Positions 54,669 to 63,816 of a stretch of DNA of 64,000 nucleotides are shown here, piece by piece. Both the position numbers and the translations under genes were made by a program. This DNA comes from a virus, in the IMG/VR virus record IMGVR_UViG_2867339791_000001, positions 7,046-71,045 of that record; one strand, written 5' to 3'. Position 1 is the stretch's first letter; each line of letters starts with the position of its first letter. The notes beneath the pieces are model-generated. The model made no database searches. It was not told the DNA's origin and saw only the letters and a program-made list of their open reading frames with translations.

Positions 54669-54902
54669 ATGTGGCAGCGGGCCGACGTGCCAGCCGTCGG
54701 CGGTCCGGTCGACGGCCGCAACCTGCTCGTGCCCACGAACGACGAGGGGCTGCCACCCGAGACGATCGACCAGTCGTGGCTGTGGATCGAGTACGGCGGC
54801 GAGCTGCTGGACGCCGATGTCGACGGGCAGTACGAGTTGGAGAGCCAAGCCGGCGCCGGCCCGCCGTGGGTGTACGTGTGGGTGCCGAATCGGCGGCCCT
54901 GA
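54669..54902 (+). CDS. Small hypothetical protein
   Basis: VGGPVDG..Y..YVW motif; divergent from the XRE gene. Confidence 0.55.
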   Translation: MWQRADVPAVGGPVDGRNLLVPTNDEGLPPETIDQSWLWIEYGGELLDADVDGQYELESQAGAGPPWVYVWVPNRRP

Positions 54903-54917
54903 GCAGGAGGTCGGCCG

Positions 54918-55586
54918 TTGTGGCGGCGAGTCCGTACGATCGGCGCTGTGCTGCCGCCCAGCGTCTCGCTGACCCTGTTCCTGTTCTGGGCCGAACTCGG
55001 GGACGTGGCGACGTGGATCGGAGCGCTTGCGAACGCCGCCACGCTCGGCCTCGCCCTCGCCGCCGGCATAGTCAGCTACAACATCTACAAGATTGAGTCT
55101 GGCCGCGATCGGCGGGCCGAGGACGAACGACGGGAACGCGCGTTCGACGCGAGACGCGACCAAGCGTCGCTCGTGTCCGCCTGGTTCGACAAGAGGGCGG
55201 TCTCGTCCGTCGTGATCGCATCCTCCGACGGGGTGAAGCGCATCCCGAACAACACAGCCGGAGCGCGCATCCTGAACGCTTCCAACTTGCCGATCTACGA
55301 TGTGCGCGTCAGCTTCCGACTTTTCCCAGCCATGCTCCGGCTCGGAGACCCGATCCGAGCGGTGCCGCCGCACAAGGGGGAGGTTGTCTCACGGCTGCCG
55401 GATGAGATGTGGCAGTTACTCCCGGAGGGCGACGTGGAACTCCTGGTCGACGTCGCCTTGGAGTTCCGCGACGCGGCTGGGCGCTGCTGGAAGCGTGATT
55501 TCGACGGGTTCCTGAGTGAGGCGCCGACTCTGATCTCCGAACTATTCGCCATCTTGGATCGGTCGACGCCGGTCGAGCGCGGCTGA
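54918..55586 (+). CDS. TM-anchored protein, paralogue A
   Basis: GDVATWIGALAN..YKIESGRDRRAEDERRER; start uncertain. Confidence 0.7.
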   Translation: MWRRVRTIGAVLPPSVSLTLFLFWAELGDVATWIGALANAATLGLALAAGIVSYNIYKIESGRDRRAEDERRERAFDARRDQASLVSAWFDKRAVSSVVIASSDGVKRIPNNTAGARILNASNLPIYDVRVSFRLFPAMLRLGDPIRAVPPHKGEVVSRLPDEMWQLLPEGDVELLVDVALEFRDAAGRCWKRDFDGFLSEAPTLISELFAILDRSTPVERG

Positions 55587-55754
55587 CCGCTCGGCGGCCT
55601 CCCACAGGCCGAGCTGCCGCCACAGCCACCGCTTGCACGGCCCCCGGTGGCGGGTGATCACCCAGGTCATGCCCGGTGTTAGCGGGTAGGCCACGCTCCG
55701 CAGGCTACGCAGTTCCGCCCCGTGGCGCTGCTGCCGCGAACGCGACAGTGAAGG

Positions 55755-56377
55755 TTGTGGCGGCTCCGTACGCTCGGCGCGTGCTGCCGCAATACGCCCT
55801 GCTGCCCGCGTGGCTGTCCGACGTCGAGTTGGGAGACGTGGCGACGTGGGTCGGCGCGCTTGCCAACGTCGCCACTCTTGCTCTTGCGACTGTCGCTGCC
55901 GTGGTCGGGTTCCGCGTCTACAAGATTGAGTCTGGCCGTGATCGACGGGCCGAGGACGAGCGACGAGAACGCGCGCTCGATGCTAGACGCAGCCAGGCCC
56001 AGCTCGTTTCTATCTGGTACAACGGACCGCGGCACGCGCCAGGGGTCGCGTACGTCCTCAACGCCTCCAATTTGCCCGCATACGAACTGTTTCTCCACTT
56101 CACCGTAGAGCCGCCCGTGGAATTTCTGGGAGTGTTTGAGGACGCTACCGAGGATTGGCCCTGGAACTACCTCTTCGGTTTCGAGGACATCAAAGTGCTG
56201 CCACCTCACATCGGCCCTCAGGCGGTCCCGCTGACGGAGTCCCTTGTAGCGGCGATCCAGGCTTGCGATCTCCCTTTCGAAGGCATCTACGAAGGCATCC
56301 GGGTCACAATGGCATTCCGTGACGCGGCAGGGCGGATGTGGCGGCGCGAGGAGAACGGCGTGCTAACCCAGTTGTGA
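55755..56377 (+). CDS. TM-anchored protein, paralogue B
   Basis: GDVATWVGALAN..YKIESGRDRRAEDERRER; start uncertain. Confidence 0.7.
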
Positions 56378-56404
56378 ATGCCGGGAAGAAGCGAGACCGG
56401 GCAG

Positions 56405-56989
56405 CTACCGGCGTCGCCGCCACCGCAGCCAGACCGTGACAGCGGTCGCCACCAGCACAGAGATCACCGCCGTCTGCCGCCACGACCCGCCGGCCTCGAC
56501 CCCGCCGACCGCCGTCAACGCGACCAGGGCGAACCACAGCCCCAACCAGCCGGTGGCGCGGAGGCGGGTGCGGACGACGTGCCGGGGCAGGTGCCTGCGT
56601 CGGCGAGCCACCGACCCGGGCCGGTTGTGGACAACGTTGTGGATAGGCCCCTCGGCGATGATCGCTGCGGCCTCGGCCGCCTCCACCTCCACGCGCGTCC
56701 GCCACACCCGAGGGTCGCGTTCCCAGCAGGCCACCTGCGGGGCCCACACCTGCCGGTCCATGTGCTCCGCCCACCTCGCGGGCGCGGTCCGCTCCGTGAT
56801 GCCGATGTAGAGCAGGTGTTGCCAGGCGCCGAGCAGCCACGCCAGGAGCCGCGGCCACAGGCCCTTCTCCGGCGGCAGGTCACCCCACGCCCGGTACAGC
56901 CGGAACTCGCCGGCGGGGGCCCAGTGCGCCGGCCGCTGGTCGGGGTCGCGGTGCCAGGAGCGTCCGGTGACGCTGGTCCGGAGGGTCAC
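56405..56989 (-). CDS. GIY-YIG nuclease with C-terminal TM helices
   Basis: LYR..LLYIGIT..RWAEH..AE..AI..E.P.HN..HN; two C-terminal hydrophobic helices. Confidence 0.75.
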   Translation of the reverse strand: MTLRTSVTGRSWHRDPDQRPAHWAPAGEFRLYRAWGDLPPEKGLWPRLLAWLLGAWQHLLYIGITERTAPARWAEHMDRQVWAPQVACWERDPRVWRTRVEVEAAEAAAIIAEGPIHNVVHNRPGSVARRRRHLPRHVVRTRLRATGWLGLWFALVALTAVGGVEAGGSWRQTAVISVLVATAVTVWLRWRRRR

Positions 56990-57052
56990 GGTCGGTGCCC
57001 GACACGCGGCCCGTTGTCGACGTGAGTGGCGTTGACATGCCATCCTGTGCTC

Positions 57053-57322
57053 ATGACGTACACGCAGAGCGACAGGGATCGCTGGGTTCGCCAGTTGCGC
57101 GACGCAGCGATCGAGCTGACCTGCGCTGGCGTCCCCGAGGGCGAGTTGCACGACCTGGTGTTGGAGGGCGTCGTCGAGGGCCAGCGGCTCAACGCGCTGC
57201 GCGCCGCCACGGCCACCTCGGACACGGTGCCCGCGCCGCGCAGCCCCGACGCCACCCGCCCCGCTGTCACGCCGGAGCCGGGTAGCGCCCTCGCGCGGCT
57301 CGCCAGCGGCGCCGGCATCTAG
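57053..57322 (+). CDS. Small helical protein convergent with the FtsK/TraB-like gene
   Basis: Open frame ending in a 4-nt overlap with the FtsK stop; shares a motif with it. Confidence 0.55.
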   Translation: MTYTQSDRDRWVRQLRDAAIELTCAGVPEGELHDLVLEGVVEGQRLNALRAATATSDTVPAPRSPDATRPAVTPEPGSALARLASGAGI

Positions 57323-59577
57323 TCCGCCAGCCCGTAGTACGGGCCGTTCGGCCGGGTCTCGTCTCGCACCAGCTCCCCCTGCTCGACCAGCTTGCCGAGC
57401 AGTTCACCAACGCGCTGCTTGGACACGTCCACTCCCCACCGCTGAAAGATCGCGGTGCGGATCTGCGTGGCGGTGAGCATGGTCGGGTGCTCGTCGTGCA
57501 CGACCAGCAGGATCGACTGCCGCGTGTTCGGTGCCTGCCCCGCTGACGCCGGCACCAGCTCGGCCGACGCGGTCGGGGCGTCGATGCGTGGGCGGACCGG
57601 TTCGGCGTCCACGGCCATGTGCGCGTCGGACAGCAACGCCTCCGCGACCGCGTCCACATCGTCCGGGGCGGTCGGCTGCTGCACGGCCGGCGGCTCGGGC
57701 TGCTGCTGGGAAGGGATGACGGGCTTCGCGGGCTCCTGCTGGGTGGCCTGCGCGGTGGGCTTCGCGTCGGCCGCTACCCCAGCGCCGCGGGCGAGCCGGT
57801 CCAGCGCCGACCCCGGCTTGGCGATCGACGTCGGTGTCGGTGCCGGCCGGGACGGGCCGGGCTCGTCGTCCTCGGGCAGATCCTCGTCGCGGAGCTGGGC
57901 CAACATCGCGGCCTTCCGCTTCCACCGGTTTTCGTAGGCGACGCCCGCAAGCACGTCGTCGATCACCGGGATCCCGAGCAGTGGGGCGAACTTCGCGTCG
58001 TTGGGGTCGCGGCCGTCGAGCACGTCCGCGAGCGTGACGCGGCTGGCGATCAGCTTCCCTCGGTCGTCGAGCTTCGGCCGCAGGTGCGCGGTGGCGATCG
58101 CGTGCCGCTCGATGGAGGCGATGTCGACGTTCACGGTGCGGCCGAGGACCGGCCGGTAGTCCCGGTCGGTGCGGTAGATGAACGCGGAACCCTTGTGGAG
58201 CAGCCGCACCCGGCCCGGGTTCTTGCCCAGGACGTGGTCGTACTCGCCCTCTTCGTCCATGCGCAGGCACACCCGGATGCCCTGGACGGCGCGCAGCGAC
58301 TTCTCCAACAGGTCGCTGGTGCCTCGCAGGACGGACTGGATGACGCGGACGCCCTCGGCGCGGCCGATCTGCGCGATGCGGGCGATGTACTGGTCGACCA
58401 GCGCGGCGAGCAGCCCGATTGCCTGGCGGATCTCACCGCCCTCGTCGGTGATGATGACGATCGCTGGCATGTCCTTGTCGACGGGCAGCACGGTGGTGTT
58501 CGCCTGCCGCTTGCGGCGCATCGAGAACCGGTTGGTCTTGCGGTCCTTGGCGATGGCGATCGCGATGGCGCACATGACGGCCGCCTCGACTTCGTCCTCC
58601 GCGACCCAGTCGATCGTGGGTGTGTCCACCTCCCCGCGGGCGAAGGGGGTGAGCCACGGGCCGGCGACACCGCCACCGTTCGGGTCGATGACCCAGATCA
58701 GGGCGTCGATGCAGCGTGCCAGCCGCATGATGATCCGGTGGAGCAGGGTCGTCTTGCCGGACCCGGTGGTCCCGCCGACGATCATGCCCTTCTCCCGCAG
58801 GCACACCGTCATCGGCTCGCCGCGCGGGGTGGTGGCCACATCCATCTCGTCGTAGATCGACGCCGCTGTGGTGGGCTCCGAGATCAGCCGCTCGTCGGCG
58901 AGGCAGTCCCGCAGCATCACGTCGAGGATCGCCGCGCCCTGGTGGTCGGCGTCGAGGATCCGCACGACGCAGCCCTGCGGCAGCTTCACGGCCCCGGCGA
59001 CGTCGTCGGCGAGGGTCGAGTCCGACAGCTTCTTGACGGTCAGGCCCTCGGGCAGGTCGATGTGGACCTGCATGCCGTCCTGCGGGGCGTCCGCCCACGG
59101 CCGAACGCCCCGGACGGTGATGGGTGCCTTGGCGAGCCGGCGCAGCAACGCCTGCCACGCCGCCTCCTCGTCGGTCTGCTCCTGGTGTACGACCGGCGTG
59201 ACGGTCTGCTGCTGGACGACCTGGGCGACGGCGACCGCCGGAGCGAAGATCGCTTCCAGGATGAACAGGGCCCCAGCGCCGACGAGGACCGCCACCGTGC
59301 GGGTGAGCGACCAGCCGGAGTAGGCGACCAGCGTCATCCAGTAGCTGCACCCGACGACGGCCGCCAGGCGGTGCGCCAGCGCGATGCCCCGGTCGGTCGC
59401 CGCGGTGATCAGCCCGGTGAGGAGCAGTCCGAGCGCCCCGGCGCCGATGGCGAGGATCCAGCTCTGGTTGCCCCGCTCGGTGCCCTCGCGCAGGACAGCC
59501 GCCAGGACGAGGACGACGATCGTCCACGCCGGCACCCACGTCGCCCCGCTGGGGCGGCTGCCCTGCTGCTCGTTCAC
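57319..59577 (-). CDS. FtsK/SpoIIIE-family TraB-like conjugative DNA translocase
   Basis: Four N-terminal TM helices; GGTTGSGKT; WVIDPNGG; IITDEG; GRAEGV; C-terminal wHTH-like domain; RBS GGAGGGAGG. Confidence 0.88.
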   Translation of the reverse strand: MNEQQGSRPSGATWVPAWTIVVLVLAAVLREGTERGNQSWILAIGAGALGLLLTGLITAATDRGIALAHRLAAVVGCSYWMTLVAYSGWSLTRTVAVLVGAGALFILEAIFAPAVAVAQVVQQQTVTPVVHQEQTDEEAAWQALLRRLAKAPITVRGVRPWADAPQDGMQVHIDLPEGLTVKKLSDSTLADDVAGAVKLPQGCVVRILDADHQGAAILDVMLRDCLADERLISEPTTAASIYDEMDVATTPRGEPMTVCLREKGMIVGGTTGSGKTTLLHRIIMRLARCIDALIWVIDPNGGGVAGPWLTPFARGEVDTPTIDWVAEDEVEAAVMCAIAIAIAKDRKTNRFSMRRKRQANTTVLPVDKDMPAIVIITDEGGEIRQAIGLLAALVDQYIARIAQIGRAEGVRVIQSVLRGTSDLLEKSLRAVQGIRVCLRMDEEGEYDHVLGKNPGRVRLLHKGSAFIYRTDRDYRPVLGRTVNVDIASIERHAIATAHLRPKLDDRGKLIASRVTLADVLDGRDPNDAKFAPLLGIPVIDDVLAGVAYENRWKRKAAMLAQLRDEDLPEDDEPGPSRPAPTPTSIAKPGSALDRLARGAGVAADAKPTAQATQQEPAKPVIPSQQQPEPPAVQQPTAPDDVDAVAEALLSDAHMAVDAEPVRPRIDAPTASAELVPASAGQAPNTRQSILLVVHDEHPTMLTATQIRTAIFQRWGVDVSKQRVGELLGKLVEQGELVRDETRPNGPYYGLAD

Positions 59578-59618
59578 GGTGGTCCTCCCTCCGCTCGTCG
59601 TCATCCCGTCGGGTCCGA

Positions 59619-61553
59619 TCAGACGTCCCGCTCGGCGGCTGCGATGTCGGCGCGCTTCTCCGCCGCCCGGCTGCCACGGACACCGTTCATGCGGTCCTCG
59701 TCGCCGAAGTGGCCGCGTTCGTACATGCCGTGCAGCGTCTCGGCGCGGGCCGACAGGGTCCGGTAGCGGGCCATCACGGCCTCGGCCTCGTCCTTGATCG
59801 CGGCGAGGTCGGAGGCGACGGATTCGACCTCGGCGACGAGCGGCTTCATGGCCGGCAGATCGTTCTCGCCGTGAGTGGCGAGCTGCTTGACGCTTGTCGC
59901 CAGCACCCCCGCCCGCTCGACGAGCGGGTTCAGGTCGGTGGTGACCTCGTCGATCGCGGGTGCGATCTCCTTCAGGGTGCGGCCCCACCGTTGGAGGCTC
60001 ATGTCTTCGGTGATGCGGATTCCCATCGTGTTGCTCCTTCCGTGCGACGCCTCCCGGGGCGGAGGCGTCGGCGTCTTCGTGGGCGCGGGGCGCGGAGTGT
60101 GCTCCCGGGCCGGGGGTGGGGTGGTGGTGGCCTGCCGGCCGGTGGTGGCCGGCTGGGCGGGCTGCTTCGGCTGGTTGGCCGGCTGCGCGGCCTTTGGCGG
60201 TTCCGGCTCGGTCGGGTCGGGCCGCCGCGGCTCCGGCTTCCGGGTCGGCTGCTGGCCGGTCGGCTTCGGCTTCGGTGCGCCGACGCCGGATACCGCGTCG
60301 GCGCCCTGCGTGCCTCCCGTCACCAGGTCCCGGCCCAGCCGACGCCAGAACCCGGGACCCTTCTTCTTGCCTTCGCCGGTGTGGTTACCAGCCCCGGCGT
60401 CGTGGTTGCGGCCGTTGCCGCCCCGCGTTCCCCGTCGGGTCCGCCGGCCGTTCGCCGACGGCCCGTCCCCGTGCGATCCCCCGCCCCCGTGCGATCCCCC
60501 CGCGCCGCCGCCGGAACCTCCCGGCGACCCGCCGCCCTTGCGGCGCAGGAACGACGGCATCCGCAGCCGGAACCCGCCGGACTTGCCGGGCTTCGACCCA
60601 CCCCCGCCCGAACCGCTGCCGCCTCCGTGGCCGGAGCTGCCGTGGCCCGCAGCGCCGCCGCCGGACCCGCTGCCGCCGCCGGGGTTCTTCCGGCCCAGCC
60701 GGTTACGGAGCCGACTGAGCAGCCCGGACTTCCTGCCGCCGTGGCCGCCGCCGTGGCCGTCACCGGAGCCGCCGCCAGGGCCGCCACCCGACGAGCCGCC
60801 ACCACCGTGACGGCCGCCACCGAACAGACCCGCGAGCCGGCCCAGCAGACCGCCACGACCCCGGGCGCGGTGCCGGCCACGATGCCGACCGCCGCTAGCC
60901 CCGCCGTCGCCGGACCCGCCGCCGTCGCCGTCCCGGCCGTCACGGTCCCCGCCACGACGGCGACGGCGACGGCGCAGCCACGAGAACAGCCCGCGACGCC
61001 CGGCGTCGCCCTTCTTGTCGCCGCCACCCTGTCCGCCGTTGCGGGACCGGGCTGCGGCCTTCTTCGCGACGCTGGCGCGACGCCACGCCAACGCCGCCCA
61101 GAACAGCAGCATCAGCGACGCAAGGTGCACGGCGATCGCCCACCGCCAGCCCGCGGCCAGCCACAGCAGCACCTCCGCGCCGACGAACATGAGGGCGGCG
61201 GTGGCGAGCACCTGCGGGGTCATGAGCTGGGTCATGAGCTTGGCGACCAGGGGGTGGATCTGCTTGGTGCGGACCTTGACCTGGTCGCCGGTGGCCTGCT
61301 TCGCGCCGGCCTGGCCGGTGGTGGCCGTCCCGGTGGTTCCCGCCTCCGGCGCGGGGGCCGGGGGCGGGCCGACGAGGGTGGGAGGCGCCGGCGGTACGGC
61401 CGGCCCGGTCACGGTCTGCGACTGGTCAACCCCTTGACCGGTCAGGGGGCTGACCGGCGAAGGAACCTCCCCCTCTGAGCGCGCAGGAGCCGCCTCAGCG
61501 GGCGCGTCAAGGGATTGACGCCTCCGCCAGGTCAAGGGGTTGACGCTACGCAC
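59619..61553 (-). CDS. TM + Gly/Pro-rich protein with a TraA-like C-terminal domain (internal start at 60026)
   Basis: RBS GGAGG at the 5' end; two TMs; Gly/Arg-rich linker; internal RBS AAGGAG-ATG; C-terminus RGSRAAEKRADI. Confidence 0.6.
   Translation of the reverse strand: MRSVNPLTWRRRQSLDAPAEAAPARSEGEVPSPVSPLTGQGVDQSQTVTGPAVPPAPPTLVGPPPAPAPEAGTTGTATTGQAGAKQATGDQVKVRTKQIHPLVAKLMTQLMTPQVLATAALMFVGAEVLLWLAAGWRWAIAVHLASLMLLFWAALAWRRASVAKKAAARSRNGGQGGGDKKGDAGRRGLFSWLRRRRRRRGGDRDGRDGDGGGSGDGGASGGRHRGRHRARGRGGLLGRLAGLFGGGRHGGGGSSGGGPGGGSGDGHGGGHGGRKSGLLSRLRNRLGRKNPGGGSGSGGGAAGHGSSGHGGGSGSGGGGSKPGKSGGFRLRMPSFLRRKGGGSPGGSGGGAGGSHGGGGSHGDGPSANGRRTRRGTRGGNGRNHDAGAGNHTGEGKKKGPGFWRRLGRDLVTGGTQGADAVSGVGAPKPKPTGQQPTRKPEPRRPDPTEPEPPKAAQPANQPKQPAQPATTGRQATTTPPPAREHTPRPAPTKTPTPPPREASHGRSNTMGIRITEDMSLQRWGRTLKEIAPAIDEVTTDLNPLVERAGVLATSVKQLATHGENDLPAMKPLVAEVESVASDLAAIKDEAEAVMARYRTLSARAETLHGMYERGHFGDEDRMNGVRGSRAAEKRADIAAAERDV
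61425..61544. repeat. Four 14-bp palindromes GTCA(A/G)-N4-(T/C)TGAC
   Basis: 61425-61438, 61441-61454, 61506-61519, 61531-61544. Confidence 0.75.
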
Positions 61554-61562
61554 AGTCACCTC

Positions 61563-61772
61563 CTACTTGAACAACTTCGTGAGCCAGTCGATGACGATCC
61601 GGGTGGCGTTGAGCACGGCGTCGGCGCAGTCCTCCAAGAGCCCGCCGTCGCTGGCCTTGATGATCACGCCGAGGAGCAGGGCGACCACGATCACCGAGAT
61701 CGGAGGACGGTTCCGCCACCACATCCACACGAGCAAGAGCAGCAGCACCGCGCCGAGGGCGGCGGGCGTCAC
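61563..61772 (-). CDS. Small two-TM protein (Spd-like)
   Basis: GTGA coupling; hydrophobic. Confidence 0.65.
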   Translation of the reverse strand: MTPAALGAVLLLLLVWMWWRNRPPISVIVVALLLGVIIKASDGGLLEDCADAVLNATRIVIDWLTKLFK

Positions 61773-61957
61773 CGCAGGCACCACCTGACGATGGCGAACG
61801 CGGTCACGACGGCGAAGAGGATGTTGACCACCCACAGCGCGAGGGCCAGCGTCTTCCGCCTGCGGGCGCGAGCCTTCGCCCTCAGCCCCTTGTGGACGAG
61901 CGCCCGGACCTCGGTCGCGCTCAGGTGACCTGGTGGGGTCGTGTCAGCAGATGCCAT
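61769..61957 (-). CDS. Small TM protein (Spd-like)
   Basis: RBS AGGAGG; basic stretch followed by a TM helix. Confidence 0.65.
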   Translation of the reverse strand: MASADTTPPGHLSATEVRALVHKGLRAKARARRRKTLALALWVVNILFAVVTAFAIVRWCLR

Positions 61958-61972
61958 GGTCGTACCTCCTGG

Positions 61973-63745
61973 TTAGCGGGTTGTCACGGTGCGACCGTTG
62001 GCGCCGGAGGTGACCGGCTCCTTCGGGTTGGCGATCTGGCTGGCGGGGACGTCGGCGAGGCTCGCCTGGTACTCGTCGCGGTGCTTGAACCAGCGGCGGA
62101 CGGTGCTCTCGTTAGAGCCGGCCGCCTTGGCGACGTCGATCCACGTCGCGGTCGGGTTGGCGTCGCGGTACGCGAACGCGGCCTTCTGGGCGTCGCTCCA
62201 CGGTGGGCGGCGCGGTGACCGGTCCGGCGTCGCCCCGCCAGGGCGCGGCGGCGTCACGCCGTCACGGCTGGCAGGCGTCACAGCGTCACGGGCCGGCGTC
62301 GTCACCGACGTCACGGCGTCGGCGCGGGCCTTCGCCACGGCGGCGTCACGCTCGGCCGTCATCCGCTCCACCATGGCGGCCAGGTCGGCGGCGTGGCGGG
62401 CGTCGCGGTCGTCGAGCTGCCGGCGCAGCCCGTCGGCCTCATCCCGCGCCATCGCCGCCAGAGCGGCCTGCCGGCCGGCCTCCCGGTTCGCGTCGCGGAG
62501 CTGCACCCGCAGCCCGTCGGCTTCAGCGATCATCCCGACTACGCTCTGCCGGGCGGCGGCGGCCTCGGAGCGGGCGCGGGCAGCGTCGGCCTCGGCCACC
62601 TGCGCACGCTCCTCGGCGGACCGCAGCGCGCGGCCGGCCTGGTCGAGTTCCCGCGACGCGGTCTCGAACAGGGCGGTCGTGTCGGCCAGCTCGACGCGCA
62701 CGGCGTCCAGCTCGGCGCGGACGGCGACGAGTTCGGCGCGCACGGCCTCGACTTTCGCGGCGGCGGCGGCCTTCTCGGCGGCGAGCGCATCGGCGTGCCG
62801 CTGTTGCTCCTCGGCCAAGGCGGCAGCGGCCTGCTTCGCCTGGTCGGCGATCTTCGCGGTGAGCTGCCGCAGCCTCAGCCACGGCCACAGCCGAGCCCGA
62901 CCGGCGGCCGGCAGGCCGGCGGCGGGCACGTCGACCCGGTAGCGGGCGATCCGCTTCGCGCGGCGCACGGTTTCGAGGTGAGCCAGCGCGTGACGGACCG
63001 ATGCGTACCGGGCGGTCTGCTCCGGGCCCGCGTTGGCCCGCAGCGGGAGCGGCGGATGGTTCTGCCAGGCGAGCCACGCGGCGGCCGTGTCGGCAGGCGA
63101 GGTGATCCAGCGCAGGCCGAAGGTGGGGTTGACGCGGACGACGCGCGGGCCGCCAACCTCGCCCATGAGCCCGAGGATGATGTGCAGGAGCAGCATCCCG
63201 AGCAGGGACAGCAGCCCCAGGTAGAAGCCACCCGCGTTCGACCCGTCGGCGCTGCCTGCCTCGTGGTCGAAGTTGATCGCCGCTGAGGCGATCGTCGCGA
63301 TCCACACGACCCGGTAGGCCGCGTCGGCGGGCTTCTGCTTCTTGACGGCGGCGAGGGTGAGCAGGGCGCAGGCGATGGCGACACCGTCGAGGGTCAGCGG
63401 GACGAGGTATTCCCAGCCGTCGTTCCAGTGCAGCGTGTCCCGGCCGAAGGCGACGAGTCCCTTGAAGCTGCCGGCGAGGACGGCGATGAGGAAGGCGATG
63501 GTGGCGGCGATAGCGGCGGCGAAGAGGCCGCTGCTGCTCTTGCCAGCGTCACGGCGCCGTACCGCGATGACGGCGAGCGTGCCGATGAGCAGCAGTTGGG
63601 CAGCGACGGCGGTGAGCCACAGCCAGGTGGGGACGGCGTCGAGTGCCGTGGCGATGCCGTCGAGCACGGTCCGCCAGATCGGGTTGTCGGCCGCGAGGGC
63701 GGCGGTGGGCCCCGGGCTGGTGGTGTGCTCGACGGTCATCGTCAC
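61973..63745 (-). CDS. DUF2637/SpdA-like membrane protein with coiled coil and C-terminal HTH
   Basis: SFKGL.AFG...WEYLVPLTLDG..IASAAINF; long coiled coil; TWIDVAKAAGSNESTVRRW. Confidence 0.8.
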   Translation of the reverse strand: MTMTVEHTTSPGPTAALAADNPIWRTVLDGIATALDAVPTWLWLTAVAAQLLLIGTLAVIAVRRRDAGKSSSGLFAAAIAATIAFLIAVLAGSFKGLVAFGRDTLHWNDGWEYLVPLTLDGVAIACALLTLAAVKKQKPADAAYRVVWIATIASAAINFDHEAGSADGSNAGGFYLGLLSLLGMLLLHIILGLMGEVGGPRVVRVNPTFGLRWITSPADTAAAWLAWQNHPPLPLRANAGPEQTARYASVRHALAHLETVRRAKRIARYRVDVPAAGLPAAGRARLWPWLRLRQLTAKIADQAKQAAAALAEEQQRHADALAAEKAAAAAKVEAVRAELVAVRAELDAVRVELADTTALFETASRELDQAGRALRSAEERAQVAEADAARARSEAAAARQSVVGMIAEADGLRVQLRDANREAGRQAALAAMARDEADGLRRQLDDRDARHAADLAAMVERMTAERDAAVAKARADAVTSVTTPARDAVTPASRDGVTPPRPGGATPDRSPRRPPWSDAQKAAFAYRDANPTATWIDVAKAAGSNESTVRRWFKHRDEYQASLADVPASQIANPKEPVTSGANGRTVTTR

Positions 63746-63816
63746 GGGCGTTCCTCCCCTGGTCCGCTGTGTGCGTTCACGCTTCGGAGCGCGTCCGGTA
63801 CAGTCTGCCACAAGTA

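Noticed and set aside
57032-57053. TTGACA as the -35 box for the 57053 gene
   Set aside because: Only 15 nt from the ATG, too close for a -35/-10 promoter.
62250-62335. GTCAC-rich repeats as TraB recognition (clt) sites
   Set aside because: Explained by the VT-containing peptide repeats in the DUF2637 linker; irregular spacing and no constant 8-mer.
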